From positions 24,515 to 88,514 of the forward strand of contig DASRRH010000004.1 in assembly GCA_035695825.1 (NCBI GenBank): 64,000 nt of DNA, in the 5' to 3' direction. Position numbers and translations under genes: made by a program. Below the pieces are notes generated by a model. That model was not told the origin of the DNA. It searched no databases and saw nothing but the letters and a program-made list of their open reading frames with translations. Origin of the DNA: Planctomycetota bacterium (lineage in GTDB: Bacteria; Planctomycetota; UBA1135; JAKEFM01). Below, piece after piece: positions 27,227 through 36,052 of the stretch (position 1 is the stretch's first letter; each line of letters starts with the position of its first letter).

Positions 27227-28651
27227 ATGACCCTCGGCCGAGCCTCCTCCCTCGCGGTCGTCGGGTTCTGCGGCCTCGCCGCGGCGCTCGTCTGCGCGGC
27301 GGCGACCGCCTCCCTCACGGCGCTGCCCGACTTCCGGTACGCGGGGGCGCTCCTCCTCGGGGTCCTGGCGCTCGCCTTCGGCGCCTTCGGCATGCTCCGG
27401 CCGCGGGAGGCCCTCCTCGTCTTCCTCGGGTTCGCCCCGGTCCTCAACGCCTACATGTTCTTCACGGGACACCTCCCCGACCCGCGGGGGGGCGCCTTGA
27501 AGCACGTCCTTTGGGCGGGGATCGTCGGCGGATGGTTCCTCCGCGGGATCGTGACCCGCCGTTTCCTCTCCGGAGAAGGGACCCGCCGCCGCGCGCCGGA
27601 CACGGTCTTCCTCCTCTACGCGCTCTACGCGGTCGCGCAGGGGACGCGACAGCTCCCGATCGTCTCCGTCGGGGGACTCGTCCTGGTGCTCCAGGGGATC
27701 CGGCAGGAGCTCGAGTTCCTTCTCGCGTTCTTCGTCGCCCGCGACGTCCTCGAGGAGCCGAGGGACCTCCGCCGGCTCGCGGTCGCGCTCGCCCTGGCGA
27801 CGGCGGGGACGGCGGCCGTGGGAGGGATGCAGGCGCTCCACCTTCTCCCGGCACCGTTCGGGCCGTCCGTGATCTCCGGGGTCGAGCGCGTCGACTCGGT
27901 CGTGATGGAGGCGAACAACTTCGCCTGGACGCTCGGCCTCGGCGTCCCCGTCTTCCTCGCGCGGGCGACGCGGCCGGGGTTCGACGCCCCCCGGCTTCTC
28001 GCGGGCGGGGTCGTCCTCCTCTTCGCGGGGCTCGTCGCGGCGTCGGGCTCGCGGACCGGGTTCGCGGTCCTCGCCTGCGCCTCGATCGGGATCGTCGTCG
28101 GCCGGCGCCGTCCCGCGTACCTCCTCGCGCTCCTCCCGTGCGTCGCGGCGGGGGTCCTCGCTTTCCCGCTCCTCTCCGACCGCTTCCGGGAGGTGACGGA
28201 GGTCGGCACGGTCGCCGAGGCCCGCCTGCGGATGTGGCGGCGGCTCTCGCAGCTCGCGGAGGAGAACCCGCTCTTCGGCGGGGGCTACGGCTGGGTGGGG
28301 GGCGCCGTGTCGGGCGTGACGGAGGAGCAGACGCAGTGGGCCGACAGCACGCCCGTCCACGTCGGGGTCCAGTTCGGCGCGGTCGGGCTCCTCCTCTTCG
28401 TGGGCGGGCTCCTCGCCGCGCTCCTCGCCGGCGGCGGCGGCGTGCGACGCGCGGGGGATCCCGAGACCCGGGCGCTCGGCTCCGCGTTCCTCGGGGCGCT
28501 CGTCGGCTGCGTGGCGATCTCGCCCGTCCACATCCCCTGGATTCCGTTCCCTACCTCCCTCTACGCGTGGACGCTCCTCGGCGTGCTCGTCGGATTCGAG
28601 CGCTTCGACGCGGGCGCGCCCCGGATGGACGGGGTTTCCCGTGCCGGCTAG
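27227..28651 (+). CDS. O-antigen ligase/polymerase-family membrane protein (Wzy-like)
   Basis: Polytopic protein. The Wzy_C-like core LLFAGLVAASGSRTGFAVLACASIG is followed by a large loop and more TMs. ATG 27227 is preferred over the track start 27176. Confidence 0.75.
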   Translation: MTLGRASSLAVVGFCGLAAALVCAAATASLTALPDFRYAGALLLGVLALAFGAFGMLRPREALLVFLGFAPVLNAYMFFTGHLPDPRGGALKHVLWAGIVGGWFLRGIVTRRFLSGEGTRRRAPDTVFLLYALYAVAQGTRQLPIVSVGGLVLVLQGIRQELEFLLAFFVARDVLEEPRDLRRLAVALALATAGTAAVGGMQALHLLPAPFGPSVISGVERVDSVVMEANNFAWTLGLGVPVFLARATRPGFDAPRLLAGGVVLLFAGLVAASGSRTGFAVLACASIGIVVGRRRPAYLLALLPCVAAGVLAFPLLSDRFREVTEVGTVAEARLRMWRRLSQLAEENPLFGGGYGWVGGAVSGVTEEQTQWADSTPVHVGVQFGAVGLLLFVGGLLAALLAGGGGVRRAGDPETRALGSAFLGALVGCVAISPVHIPWIPFPTSLYAWTLLGVLVGFERFDAGAPRMDGVSRAG

Positions 28652-28732
28652 ACTGATCGGCCGCGGCGAGGATCGCGGGGGATCGGTCGGCCGCCGCGCG
28701 TCCCGCAAGGGGGCCCGCAAGGTGCACCCTCC

Positions 28733-29803
28733 ATGTCGCGAAACAAGACTGCGTTCCGTGCCCCGGGGTCGACGCGTCCCCGGCGGGGCGTCCCCGCGTT
28801 CCTCCGCTCCGCGGGTCTCGCGCTCCTCGCCCTCGCTTCGTGCAGGACGGAGCGGGAGACGGCCGACGTCCGTCCGCGCTCGCCCGAGGGGGAGCGCGCG
28901 GCCGCGCTCGCCGCGGCCGTCGAGCCGGTGCGAGCGCCGCAGGTCGCGAGCCGCCCGTCGCCCGCCGAGCCCTACCGGCTCGGACCGAGGGACGTCGTCG
29001 AGATCGCCGTCCTCGACCATCCCGAGTGGCGCCAGGAGGTGCCCGTCCGTCCGGACGGGAAGGTCGCGTTCCTCCTGGTCGGCGAGGTTCCCGCGGCGGG
29101 GCGGACTCCCGAGGAGCTGCGGGGCGACCTCCAGCGCGGGCTCGAGGCGTACGTGAAGCGGCCGCAGGTTTCGGTCGCGGTCCGGGAGTTCCGAAGCCGC
29201 TTCCCCCACGTCTACGTCGCGGGGGAGGTCCGCCAGCCCGGCGCGTTCGAGCTGACGCCTCCCCACGATTCCTTCCTCGACGCGGTCTTCGCGGCGGGGG
29301 GCGTGACGCCCGACGCCGACCTCCCCCAGTCGTACGTCGTCCGCCGCGGAAACGTGATCGCGGCGGACTTCGACCGGCTGCTCCACGAGGGGGACCGCGG
29401 AGCGAACTTCGTCCTGGAGGACGGAGACTTCGCCTACTTCCCGCAGAAGGACTTCCGCTTCGTCTACGTCCTCGGCCAGGTCCGCAACCCCCAAGCGGTT
29501 TCCGCCCCTCGCCCGATCAAGCTCCTCGAGGCGGTCGCGAGGGCGGGGGGCCTCACTCCGACGACGTTCAAGCTCGACCTCCACGTCGTCCGGGGCGGGC
29601 TCCGGTCGGGCAAGTCGTTCACGGTCGACTTCGAGCGCCTCGCGCAAGGGGACCTCGAGGCGAACGTCTGGCTCGAGCCGGGGGACATCGTGTTCGCGCC
29701 GCGCCACCCGCTCACCACGTGGAACGCGCTCGTGAACGAGGTCCTCCCGACGCTCTCGGGGGTCGTCCTCGGGAACGTCCTGCGCGAGCAGTCGAACCCC
29801 TGA
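28733..29803 (+). CDS. Polysaccharide export lipoprotein, Wza-like (Poly_export + SLBB)
   Basis: Lipobox LLALASC. YRLGPRDVVEIAVL, VRPDGKVAFLLVGEVPAAGRTPEEL, and a second SLBB-like segment YVLGQVRNP. Confidence 0.8.
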   Translation: MSRNKTAFRAPGSTRPRRGVPAFLRSAGLALLALASCRTERETADVRPRSPEGERAAALAAAVEPVRAPQVASRPSPAEPYRLGPRDVVEIAVLDHPEWRQEVPVRPDGKVAFLLVGEVPAAGRTPEELRGDLQRGLEAYVKRPQVSVAVREFRSRFPHVYVAGEVRQPGAFELTPPHDSFLDAVFAAGGVTPDADLPQSYVVRRGNVIAADFDRLLHEGDRGANFVLEDGDFAYFPQKDFRFVYVLGQVRNPQAVSAPRPIKLLEAVARAGGLTPTTFKLDLHVVRGGLRSGKSFTVDFERLAQGDLEANVWLEPGDIVFAPRHPLTTWNALVNEVLPTLSGVVLGNVLREQSNP

Positions 29804-29885
29804 CGGCCGAGGCGGACCGGTGGGAGAGTCCCGAGCCTGCGGGCCGCCCCCCCGCGAAGAAGCGCGGGCTGCCGCTCGAAGACCG

Positions 29886-30722
29886 ATGGGGGAAGTCGGG
29901 ACCGACCCCGGCGATCGCCCCTCCCTCGACCTCTCCGTCGTCGTGCCGGCCTACAACGAGGAGGCCGTGATCGGCGGGAGCGTGGAGACCCTGTGTGCCT
30001 GGCTCGAGACCCGGGAGGCCTCCTACGAGGTCCTCGTCGTCGACGACGGCAGCCGCGACCGGACGACGGAGTCCGCCTCGGCCGTCGCCGTCCGCCGGCC
30101 CGGCCGGGTGCGGGTCCTCCGTCGCGACGAGAACCACGGCAAGGGGAGCGCGATCCAGCAGGGGGTCCTGCACGCGCGCGGGCGGAAGATCCTCCTCTGC
30201 GATGCCGACCTCTCGACGCCGATCGAAGATCTGGAGCGGCTCGAGGCCGCCCTCGGCGAGGGAGGGGACGTCGCGATCGGGTCGCGGGCGGCGCGGGGAT
30301 CCGCGATCGAGGTCCGCCAGCCCTTCCACCGCGAATGGATGGGGAGGGTCTTCAACGCGATCGCCCGGGTCGTCGTGCTGCGCGGCATCCGCGACACGCA
30401 GTGCGGCTTCAAGCTCTTCACGGGCGAGGCGGCGCGCGCGGTCTTTCCGCTCCAGACGGTCGGCGGGTTCTGCTTCGACCTCGAGATCCTCTGGCTCGCG
30501 CGGAGGGCGGGGTTCCGGATCCGGGAGGTCCCCGTCCGCTGGCGCAACCGGAAGGAATCGCGCGTGCGGGTCGTGCGCGATTCCGCGGCGATGCTCCTCG
30601 ACATGTTTCGCATCCGGCTGCTCCGCCGCCGCAGCGCGGGATGGCGCTTCGCGCGGACCGCGGCGGAGGGGACCCGCGAGGTCGCGCTGCCGCCGGTCTC
30701 GAACCCGGAGACGCGGCCTTGA
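29886..30722 (+). CDS. GT2 polyprenyl-phosphate hexosyltransferase (dolichyl-phosphate beta-glucosyltransferase / DPM1 / GtrB-like)
   Basis: LSVVVPAYNEE, VLVVDDGSRDRT, ENHGKGSAI, LCDADLSTP, TQCGFKLF, FCFDLEILWLARRAGFRIREVPVRW. ATG 29886 is preferred; GTG 29820 is possible. Confidence 0.8.
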   Translation: MGEVGTDPGDRPSLDLSVVVPAYNEEAVIGGSVETLCAWLETREASYEVLVVDDGSRDRTTESASAVAVRRPGRVRVLRRDENHGKGSAIQQGVLHARGRKILLCDADLSTPIEDLERLEAALGEGGDVAIGSRAARGSAIEVRQPFHREWMGRVFNAIARVVVLRGIRDTQCGFKLFTGEAARAVFPLQTVGGFCFDLEILWLARRAGFRIREVPVRWRNRKESRVRVVRDSAAMLLDMFRIRLLRRRSAGWRFARTAAEGTREVALPPVSNPETRP

Positions 30723-31684
30723 ACCTCTCCGCGATCGTCTGCACGTACCGGCGCGCGGAGGCCCTCGAGCGCTGCCTCGCCGCGTTCGCCGAGCAGCGCG
30801 CCTCCCCCCCCTTCGAGGTCCTCGTCGTCGACAACGACCCCGACCGCTCCGCGCGCGAGGTCTGCCGGCGCTTCGAAGGGGGTTCCTTCCCCGTCCGCCA
30901 CGTCGCCGCCTCCCGCCCGCGAAACCTCCCCGCGGCGCGCAACGAGGGGATCGCCGCGAGCGCCGCCCCGATCGTCGGATTCCTCGACGACGACAGCGTC
31001 CCCGCCCCCGACTGGGTCGCGGAGACCGTCCACGCGCACGGCGAGAACGCCGGGGCCGCCGCGATCGGCGGCCGCGTGATCCCGCTCGCCATGCGGCCGC
31101 GGATCCCCCCGCGTCCGGCGGGAGACGCCCCGATCGGACGCCTCCTCGCCTTCGGCCGATTCACGGGGAACTTCGATCTCGATCCCGGTCGGCCCGTCCC
31201 CGTGGACACGGTCACGGGCTGCAACATGACGGCCAAGCGCGGCGCCTTCGAGCTCGTCGGCGGGTTCGACCCCGCGTACGAGGGGACGACGGTGCGCGAG
31301 GAGACGGACTGGTGCGTGCGCGCGCGACGATGCGGCCTGCTCCTTCTCCTCGATCCCCGCATCGTCGCGTGGCACGGCGACGACCCGCGCGGCGGGAGCC
31401 GTCCGGAGAACGGGGAGAGCTACGACCTCTACAAGGCCTACTGGGACGCGCGGAACGGGACCTACTTCCTCCGGAAGAACGCGGGCGCCGGGGCGGCACT
31501 CGGCTTCTGGGCGGCGAGCCTCGCCGCCGCCGCGCTCGGCCGGAACTTCTTCCAGCGCTTCCGCACCGCGCGCGCGCGGTGGGCGGCGGCGCGGAGCCTC
31601 CTCCGCGGCTTCCGGGACGGCGGGGGGATCCCGGTCGAGCGAGGGCCGAGGCCCGCGACGACCCCGACCTCCGATCCCGCGTGA
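30719..31684 (+). CDS. GT2-family glycosyltransferase
   Basis: TTG 30719 overlaps the upstream TGA (TTGA). LSAIVCTYRR, VLVVDNDPD, GFLDDDSVP. Confidence 0.75.
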   Translation: MNLSAIVCTYRRAEALERCLAAFAEQRASPPFEVLVVDNDPDRSAREVCRRFEGGSFPVRHVAASRPRNLPAARNEGIAASAAPIVGFLDDDSVPAPDWVAETVHAHGENAGAAAIGGRVIPLAMRPRIPPRPAGDAPIGRLLAFGRFTGNFDLDPGRPVPVDTVTGCNMTAKRGAFELVGGFDPAYEGTTVREETDWCVRARRCGLLLLLDPRIVAWHGDDPRGGSRPENGESYDLYKAYWDARNGTYFLRKNAGAGAALGFWAASLAAAALGRNFFQRFRTARARWAAARSLLRGFRDGGGIPVERGPRPATTPTSDPA

Positions 31685-32895
31685 GACGGCCCCTCCGCGT
31701 CCTGCAAGTCGTGCCGACGCCGCTCTGCGCGGCTCCCTTCCTCGCGATGACTCGACACCAGGTCGGGCTCGCCGCGGGGCTCCGCCGATTCGGGGTCGAG
31801 ACGACGATCGTCACCCCCACCGCGCCGGGGCTTCCCGCGCGCGACACCGTGGACGGGGTGAAGATCCGGAGGCTCGGAAGGTTCTGGAGCATCCCCGTCG
31901 CCGGACGGAACGGCCTCTCGCGCCTACTCCCGATCCGGCGCGCGGCGCGCGAGGTCGGCGCGGACCTCGTGCACGAGCGCTTCGGGATCCTATGGGGCGG
32001 ATCGGGCGCGTTCCTCCCGATGCCGCGGGTCTTCCAGTTCGACGCTCCGCTCGAGCAATACTACGGCGGCTCGCTCGGCTACGCGCTCCGCCGTCCGATC
32101 CTGCGCCGTCTCTTCCGCCGCGTCGACGCCTTCTTCTGCCTCACGCCGGAGCTGCGCGGGCACTTCCTCCGGTCCTTCGCCCTGCCGGAGGATCGGGTCG
32201 GCGTCGTCGCCGACGGCGTCGACTGCGAGCGCTTCCGGCCGGGCCGCACGCCGCTGCGCGCGTCCCTCGGTTTCCGCGAGGAGGACTTCGTCGTCGTCTT
32301 CCTCGGCCAGTTCTATCCGTGGCACGGCGCCGAGCGGATCCCCGCGATCGCCTCGCGCGTGAAGAACGGGAACGTGCGCTGGCTCCTCGTCGGCGCGGGC
32401 GATCGGTGGGAGGCCGTCCGGGCGGAGGTCGCGCGCCGCGACCTCTCCGCGCGCTTCGTCTTCACGGGGCGCGTCCCGCTCGACGACGCGCCGAGCCACC
32501 TCGCGGCGGCCGACCTCTTCCTCGCGCCCTACGCCGAGGAGCGCCCGCACGGGGTCGACTTCTACTTCTCTCCGCTCAAGGTGTTCGAAGCGCTCGCCTG
32601 CGGGCTGCCGGTCGTCGCGCCCCCCTTCGGGGAGCTCCGGCGCGTGCTCGCCCCCGACTTCGCCGTACGGATCGAGGGGAACGCCATCGAGGAGTACGCG
32701 GCGGCGATCGACGCCCTCGCCGCGCGGCCGGACCGCGCCCGCGAGATGGGGTGCCGCGCGCGCCGCCGCGCGGAGGCGGAGTTCTCCTGGCGGGAGCGCG
32801 CGGCCGACCTGCTGGCGGTCTACGAGCGAGCGATCGAACGGGCGGCGGGGCGCGGAGGCGGCCTTCCCGTCCGGCGGGACGGCGAGGCCGCGTGA
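31681..32895 (+). CDS. GT4-family glycosyltransferase (GT-B)
   Basis: GTG 31681 overlaps the upstream TGA (GTGA). LRVLQVVPT..., C-terminal ADLFLAPY...SPLKVFEALACGLPVVAP. Confidence 0.8.
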   Translation: MRRPLRVLQVVPTPLCAAPFLAMTRHQVGLAAGLRRFGVETTIVTPTAPGLPARDTVDGVKIRRLGRFWSIPVAGRNGLSRLLPIRRAAREVGADLVHERFGILWGGSGAFLPMPRVFQFDAPLEQYYGGSLGYALRRPILRRLFRRVDAFFCLTPELRGHFLRSFALPEDRVGVVADGVDCERFRPGRTPLRASLGFREEDFVVVFLGQFYPWHGAERIPAIASRVKNGNVRWLLVGAGDRWEAVRAEVARRDLSARFVFTGRVPLDDAPSHLAAADLFLAPYAEERPHGVDFYFSPLKVFEALACGLPVVAPPFGELRRVLAPDFAVRIEGNAIEEYAAAIDALAARPDRAREMGCRARRRAEAEFSWRERAADLLAVYERAIERAAGRGGGLPVRRDGEAA

Positions 32896-34376
32896 GGGCG
32901 CGCGCGTGGACCGCGCTCGCGGTCGCCGGGGCGGCGCTGCTCGTCCACGAGCGGCTCTTCGGCGGCTACACGGTCGACGACGCGTTCATCAACTTCCGCT
33001 ACGCGAGGAACGTCGGGGACGGCCTCGGCTTCGTCTACAACGCGGGGGACGCCCCGGTCATGGGGTTCGTCGACACGCTCTGGATCCTCCTCCTCGCGGC
33101 GGTCGGCCGGCTCGGGTTCGAGCTCGCCGTCGCCTCGAAGTGGATCGGCTCGGCCTGCTCGCTCGGGGCGCTGTTCCTGGCGACGCGGCTCTCGCGCCGG
33201 ATCGGCGGGATGCCCGAGGACGGGATCCCGCTCGCCCCGCTCTTCTGCGCGGCGGCGGGCCCGTTCGCCCTCTGGACGGCCTCCGGAATGGAGACGGGGC
33301 TCTATGCGCTCCTCCTCGCGGGGGCGGTCGTCGCGCTGCTGCGCGAGTGGAAGACGCCGCTCGAAGGGGCCGCGGCGGGATTTCTCTTCGCTCTCGCGAC
33401 GACGGTGAGGCCGGAGGCGCTCGGCGTCGCGGCCGCGGCGTGCGCCGTCCTCGCGGTCGCCCGGGCGAAGGGGAAGGGCCGGCTCGCGTTCCTGCTCGGC
33501 CTCTGCCTGCCGCTCGCCGCGTACGCCGCGTGGATCCGCGCCACGTTTCCCGATCCGCTCCCGAACCCCTTCTACGCGAAGGGAACGCCCGGCGACCCGC
33601 GGCTCCTGAAGATCGGGATCGGCTACGCGCTCTCGTTCGTGACGACGTACGGCGGTCCGGCCTTCCTCGCGATCGCGCCCCTCTTCGGCCTCGTCGCGAA
33701 GGGCCCCGCGCGTGCGGCGGCCCTCGCCTGCGGCGCTTCGGTCCTCGCCGCGGTCGCCTACGCCGTCGCGATCGGCGGCGACTGGATGGAAGGGCACCGC
33801 TTCTTCGCCCCTCTCCTCCCCCTCTGGTTCGCGCTCGTCGAGCGCGGGATCCGCGCGGTCCTCGACGCCCTCCGCGCGGCGGGTCGTGTGCCCCCCGTCG
33901 CGGCGCGCGCGGTCGCCCTGGGGGCGCTGCTCGCCGGCGTCGCGGTTCCGACGCGCCGCCTCCCGCTGCCGCCCGAGACGGGACACGCTCACGCGAGCGT
34001 GATCGAGTGGTTCCGCCGAAACGCCGCGCCGGGGGCGCGCGTCGCGCTATGGGACGTCGGCGCGATTCCCTACCGGACGGGGTTGCGCGTCGTCGACTTC
34101 GCGGGGCTCACGGACCGGACCCTCACGCGCGAGCTGCGGATGCGGCCGTTCTCCCCCCTCCCGTACGAGCGAGCCGACGGCGAGGCGGTCGTCCGGCACA
34201 TCCTCGAGAGGGCGCCGGACTTCGTGGTGCTCAAGATGGACGGGGACCGCCCCGTTCCGACGGAACTCTCCGACGTCTTCTTCGCGTCGAGCGAGTTCCG
34301 GCGCCGCTACCGGCGCGTGGGCGAGGGGGAGATCACGAGCCGGTACGGCGTCTTCCGACGCACGGGAGAGGGATGA
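32892..34376 (+). CDS. GT-C-like polytopic membrane glycosyltransferase candidate (DD motif type)
   Basis: GTG 32892 overlaps the upstream TGA (GTGA). TM1 is followed by YTVDDAFINFRYARN (acidic loop motif as in GT-C enzymes), then ~10 TMs and a C-terminal soluble domain. The family call rests on recollection of similar DDAxIxFRYA proteins annotated as arabinofuranosyltransferase-like. Confidence 0.6.
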   Translation: MRARAWTALAVAGAALLVHERLFGGYTVDDAFINFRYARNVGDGLGFVYNAGDAPVMGFVDTLWILLLAAVGRLGFELAVASKWIGSACSLGALFLATRLSRRIGGMPEDGIPLAPLFCAAAGPFALWTASGMETGLYALLLAGAVVALLREWKTPLEGAAAGFLFALATTVRPEALGVAAAACAVLAVARAKGKGRLAFLLGLCLPLAAYAAWIRATFPDPLPNPFYAKGTPGDPRLLKIGIGYALSFVTTYGGPAFLAIAPLFGLVAKGPARAAALACGASVLAAVAYAVAIGGDWMEGHRFFAPLLPLWFALVERGIRAVLDALRAAGRVPPVAARAVALGALLAGVAVPTRRLPLPPETGHAHASVIEWFRRNAAPGARVALWDVGAIPYRTGLRVVDFAGLTDRTLTRELRMRPFSPLPYERADGEAVVRHILERAPDFVVLKMDGDRPVPTELSDVFFASSEFRRRYRRVGEGEITSRYGVFRRTGEG

Positions 34377-36052
34377 GGGGAGGCCGCGCCCTGGCCGCGC
34401 TCGTCCTCGCCGCGTCCGCGGCGCTCTGCGTCGGAAACCTCCGCCGCGCGTCGGCGACGGTGGACGAGGCGAACCACCTCCACGCCGGCTACCGCGCGCT
34501 CGCGGAGGGAGACTTCGGCTGGAACGAGGAGCACCCCCCCCTGGCGAAGATGCTCGCGGCGGCGCCGCTCCTGGCGCTCCATCCCGCGACGAGGCCGGTC
34601 GAGGCGCCCCCCGGGGGGGGGCCGCGGGAGCCGGCGCAGGCGCGCGAGGCGTTCGATGCCTTCGCCTTCCGCGACAACCCCCCGGCCGAGCGCCTGTTCC
34701 TCCTCGGGAGGCTCCCGATCGTCGCCCTCGGGCTCGGGCTCTGCGCCGCGGTCGGTCTGGTCGCCCGCGCGCGGCACGGCGGCGCCGCGGGGCTCCTCGC
34801 TCTCGCGCTCGCGGCCTTCGACCCGAATCTCCTCGCCCACTCCGGTCTCGTCACGACCGACGTCGCCGTCGCCCTCTTCTCCTTCCTCGCCGTCGTCGCC
34901 TTCGCGCGGGCGCTCGCCGCCCGGAGCCTGCGCGCGGACGGGATGGCCGGGCTCGCGCTCGGCCTCGCCCAGGCCTCGAAGCACACCGCCCTCCTCCTCT
35001 ATCCGATCCTCGGCGTCCTCGCGCTCGCGCGGTCCGCCTCCTCGCCGCGCGGGACGAGGCTTTGGCCCTTCCGGTCCCTCGGGGTCGCGTGCGCCCTCTC
35101 GTTCTTCGTCCTCTGGGGGTGCTACGGCTTCCAGGTCGGGAGGCTCGGCTTCCCGCCCGAGAAGTTCTCCTTCCTCCCGGAAGCGCTCGGGATCCGGGCG
35201 CTCGCGCTCCGCTGGAACGAGGGGTCGGTCCCGATGCCGAGCTTCGCGTGGGGCGTCCGCTACAACGTCGGGTTCGCGCACCGCGGCGGATGGCCGGCGT
35301 TCTTCCTCGGTCGGACATCGGAGGGGGGGGGATTCCTCGCGTACTACCCGGTCGCCTTCCTCGTGAAGACGCCGCTCGCGACGCTCGCGCTCCTCGCCGC
35401 GGGTCTTTCGCTCCGGGGGAAGTGGCGGCTCTCCCTCCGCCGCGACGGCGACCTCCTCTTCGCGGCCGCGGCCTTCTTCGGGACCGCCGTGGCGAGCCGC
35501 ATCAACCTCGGGATCCGCCACATCCTCCCGGTCTATCCCTTCCTCTTCGTCCTCGCCTCTCGAACGGCTCCGGCGGCGCTCGAAGCGGCGGGGCGGCTGG
35601 GGCGGGCCTCCCTCGCGACGGCGGGCGTCGGGCTCGTCGCGAGCACGGCCGGCGCCTTCCCTCACTTCCTCGCCTATTTCCACGAGGGGGTCGGAGGCGC
35701 GGAAGGGGGGCGGCGGATCCTCCTCGATTCGAACCTCGACTGGGGCCAGGACCTGATCGGGCTGCGGGACTGGCTCGCGGAGAACCGCGTCGAGAGCGTG
35801 AAGCTCCACTACTTCGGGACGGCGCCGCCGGAGGCGTACGGGATCGCCTGGCAGCCGATGACGGACGCCGAGCGGTTCGCGCCGGGGGAAGGGGTCTTCG
35901 CGGTGAGCGCGATGTCGCTCGCGAACGTTCGGGCGGACGCCCGCCGTTTCGCGTGGCTCCTCGAGCGGGAGCCGGACGCGAAGGTCGGGCACACGATCTG
36001 GGTCTGGGACCTTCGGCCGGGACGGCGGGGCGGCGAAGGGAGGCCCCGTTGA
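34373..36052 (+). CDS. GT39/ArnT/PMT_2-like GT-C membrane glycosyltransferase
   Basis: ATG 34373 overlaps the upstream TGA (ATGA). ATVDEANHLHAGY...EEHPPLAKML is typical of the ArnT/PMT family first loop. Polytopic, with a C-terminal periplasmic domain. Confidence 0.75.
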   Translation: MRGGRALAALVLAASAALCVGNLRRASATVDEANHLHAGYRALAEGDFGWNEEHPPLAKMLAAAPLLALHPATRPVEAPPGGGPREPAQAREAFDAFAFRDNPPAERLFLLGRLPIVALGLGLCAAVGLVARARHGGAAGLLALALAAFDPNLLAHSGLVTTDVAVALFSFLAVVAFARALAARSLRADGMAGLALGLAQASKHTALLLYPILGVLALARSASSPRGTRLWPFRSLGVACALSFFVLWGCYGFQVGRLGFPPEKFSFLPEALGIRALALRWNEGSVPMPSFAWGVRYNVGFAHRGGWPAFFLGRTSEGGGFLAYYPVAFLVKTPLATLALLAAGLSLRGKWRLSLRRDGDLLFAAAAFFGTAVASRINLGIRHILPVYPFLFVLASRTAPAALEAAGRLGRASLATAGVGLVASTAGAFPHFLAYFHEGVGGAEGGRRILLDSNLDWGQDLIGLRDWLAENRVESVKLHYFGTAPPEAYGIAWQPMTDAERFAPGEGVFAVSAMSLANVRADARRFAWLLEREPDAKVGHTIWVWDLRPGRRGGEGRPR

